Assembly (NCBI GenBank): GCA_030390025.1
Contig: CM059432.1
Location: forward strand, 54,314,001 to 54,378,000
Source of the DNA: Squalus acanthias
Taxonomy: Eukaryota
Length of the DNA: 64,000 bases
Reading direction: 5' to 3'
Position numbers and translations under genes: made by a program. The notes under the pieces are model-generated. The model had not been told where the DNA came from. It ran no database searches and saw only the letters and a program-made list of their open reading frames with translations. Shown piece by piece: positions 62,909 through 64,000 of the stretch (position 1 is its first letter; every line of letters begins with the position of its first letter).

Positions 62909-63827
62909 TCACGTCATGTATCGTGACATAAACCCAAGATCCCGATTGAGACCGTCTTCATGAGTGCAGAACTTGGCTATCAGTTTCTGCTCGATGATTT
63001 TGCGTTGTCGTGTGTTTCTAAGGTTGCCTTGGAGAACGCTTACCCGCAGATCCGAGGCTGAATGTCCTTGACTGCTGAAGTGTTCCCCGACTGGGAGGTA
63101 ACAATCCTGCCTGGCGATTGTTGCGCGGTGCTCGTTCATACGTTGTCTCAGTGTCTGCATGGTCTCGCCGATGTACCATGCCGCGGTGCATTCTTTCCTG
63201 CAACGTATGAGGTAGACAACGTTGGCCGAGTCACATGAGTATGTACCATGTACCTGGTGGGTAGTGTCCTCACGTGTGATGGTGGTATCTGTGTTGATGA
63301 TCTGGCATGTCTTGCAGAGTTTGCCATGGCAGGGTTGTGTGGTGTCGTGGTCGCTGTTATCCTGAAAGCTGGGTAATTTGCTGCGAACGATGGTACTTCT
63401 GAGGTTAGGCGGCTGTTTGAAGGCAAGTAGTGGAGGCGTGGGGATGGCCTTAGCGAGGTGTTTGTCGTCATCGATGACATGTTGAAGGCTGCGAAGAACA
63501 TGTCGTAGTTTCTCCGCTCCGGGGAAGTACTGGACGACGTAGGGTACCCTGTTGGTTGTGTCCCGTGTTTGCCTTCTGAGGAGGTCTATGCGATTTTTCG
63601 CTGTGGCCCGTCGGAACTGTCGATCGATGAGTCGAGCGTCATATCCCGTTCTTACGAGGGCGTTTTTCAGCGTCCGTAGGTGTCCATCGCGTTCCTCCTC
63701 GTCTGAGCAGATCCTGTGTATTCGCAGGGCTTGTCCATAGGGGATGGCTTCTTTAACATGGTTAGGGTGGAAGCTGGAGAAGTGGAGCATCGTGAGGTTG
63801 TCCGTGGGCTTGCGGTAGAGTGAAGTG
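62909..63827 (-). CDS. Penelope-like ORF, RT thumb and GIY-YIG endonuclease (partial, uninterrupted)
   Basis: TSLYRKPTD..SFHP..IPYGQALRIHRICS..CKTC..NVVYLIRC..YIGET..LRQRMNEH..HF..E..GLN. Confidence 0.9.
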
Positions 63828-64000
63828 CATCGGCGAGACCATGCAGACACTGAGACAACGTATGAACGAGCACCGCGCAACAATCGCCAGGCAGGATTGT
63901 TACCTCCCAGTCGGGGAACACTTCAGCAGTCAAGGACATTCAGCCTCGGATCTGCGGGTAAGCGTTCTCCAAGGCAACCTTAGAAACACACGACAACGCA

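Larger units (their letters stand above)
62491..64000 (-). mobile_element. Penelope-like retroelement, 5'-truncated, with an inverted duplication from 63828 to the window end
   Basis: RT C-terminus and GIY-YIG ORF; terminal hammerhead; 63828-64000 is the reverse complement of 63001-63173. Confidence 0.95.

Noticed and set aside
63828..63883. N-terminus of the 324-aa ORF (MLRGARSYVV..)
   Set aside because: It is read-through from the inverted duplicate, not real Penelope protein sequence.

Overview
Repeat-dense eukaryotic DNA, most likely intronic or intergenic sequence of a cartilaginous fish (inferred from the mix of SacSINE1-like DeuSINEs and CR1, L2, RTE, Penelope and Harbinger families). 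I could not support any host-gene exon. Almost every long ORF is a decayed transposable-element fragment. The window holds: (1) many CR1 LINE copies, one with a 446-aa open RT region; (2) L2, RTE and a second CR1/L2-type LINE family; (3) several PIF/Harbinger copies with a convergent two-gene layout, a 3-exon Myb/SANT-like gene facing a DDE transposase, plus one much older transposase fossil; (4) about ten Harbinger-type MITEs with 3-bp A/T-rich TSDs; (5) tRNA-headed DeuSINEs; (6) a solo LTR with a GTAC TSD; (7) a young Penelope-like element with a GIY-YIG ORF, an inverted duplication and a terminal minimal hammerhead ribozyme. The most interesting signals are two tiny insertions (95 and 134 bp) that consist almost entirely of a hammerhead motif and carry their own 11- and 14-bp TSDs. 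All coordinates were read by eye; edges without a TSD are approximate.
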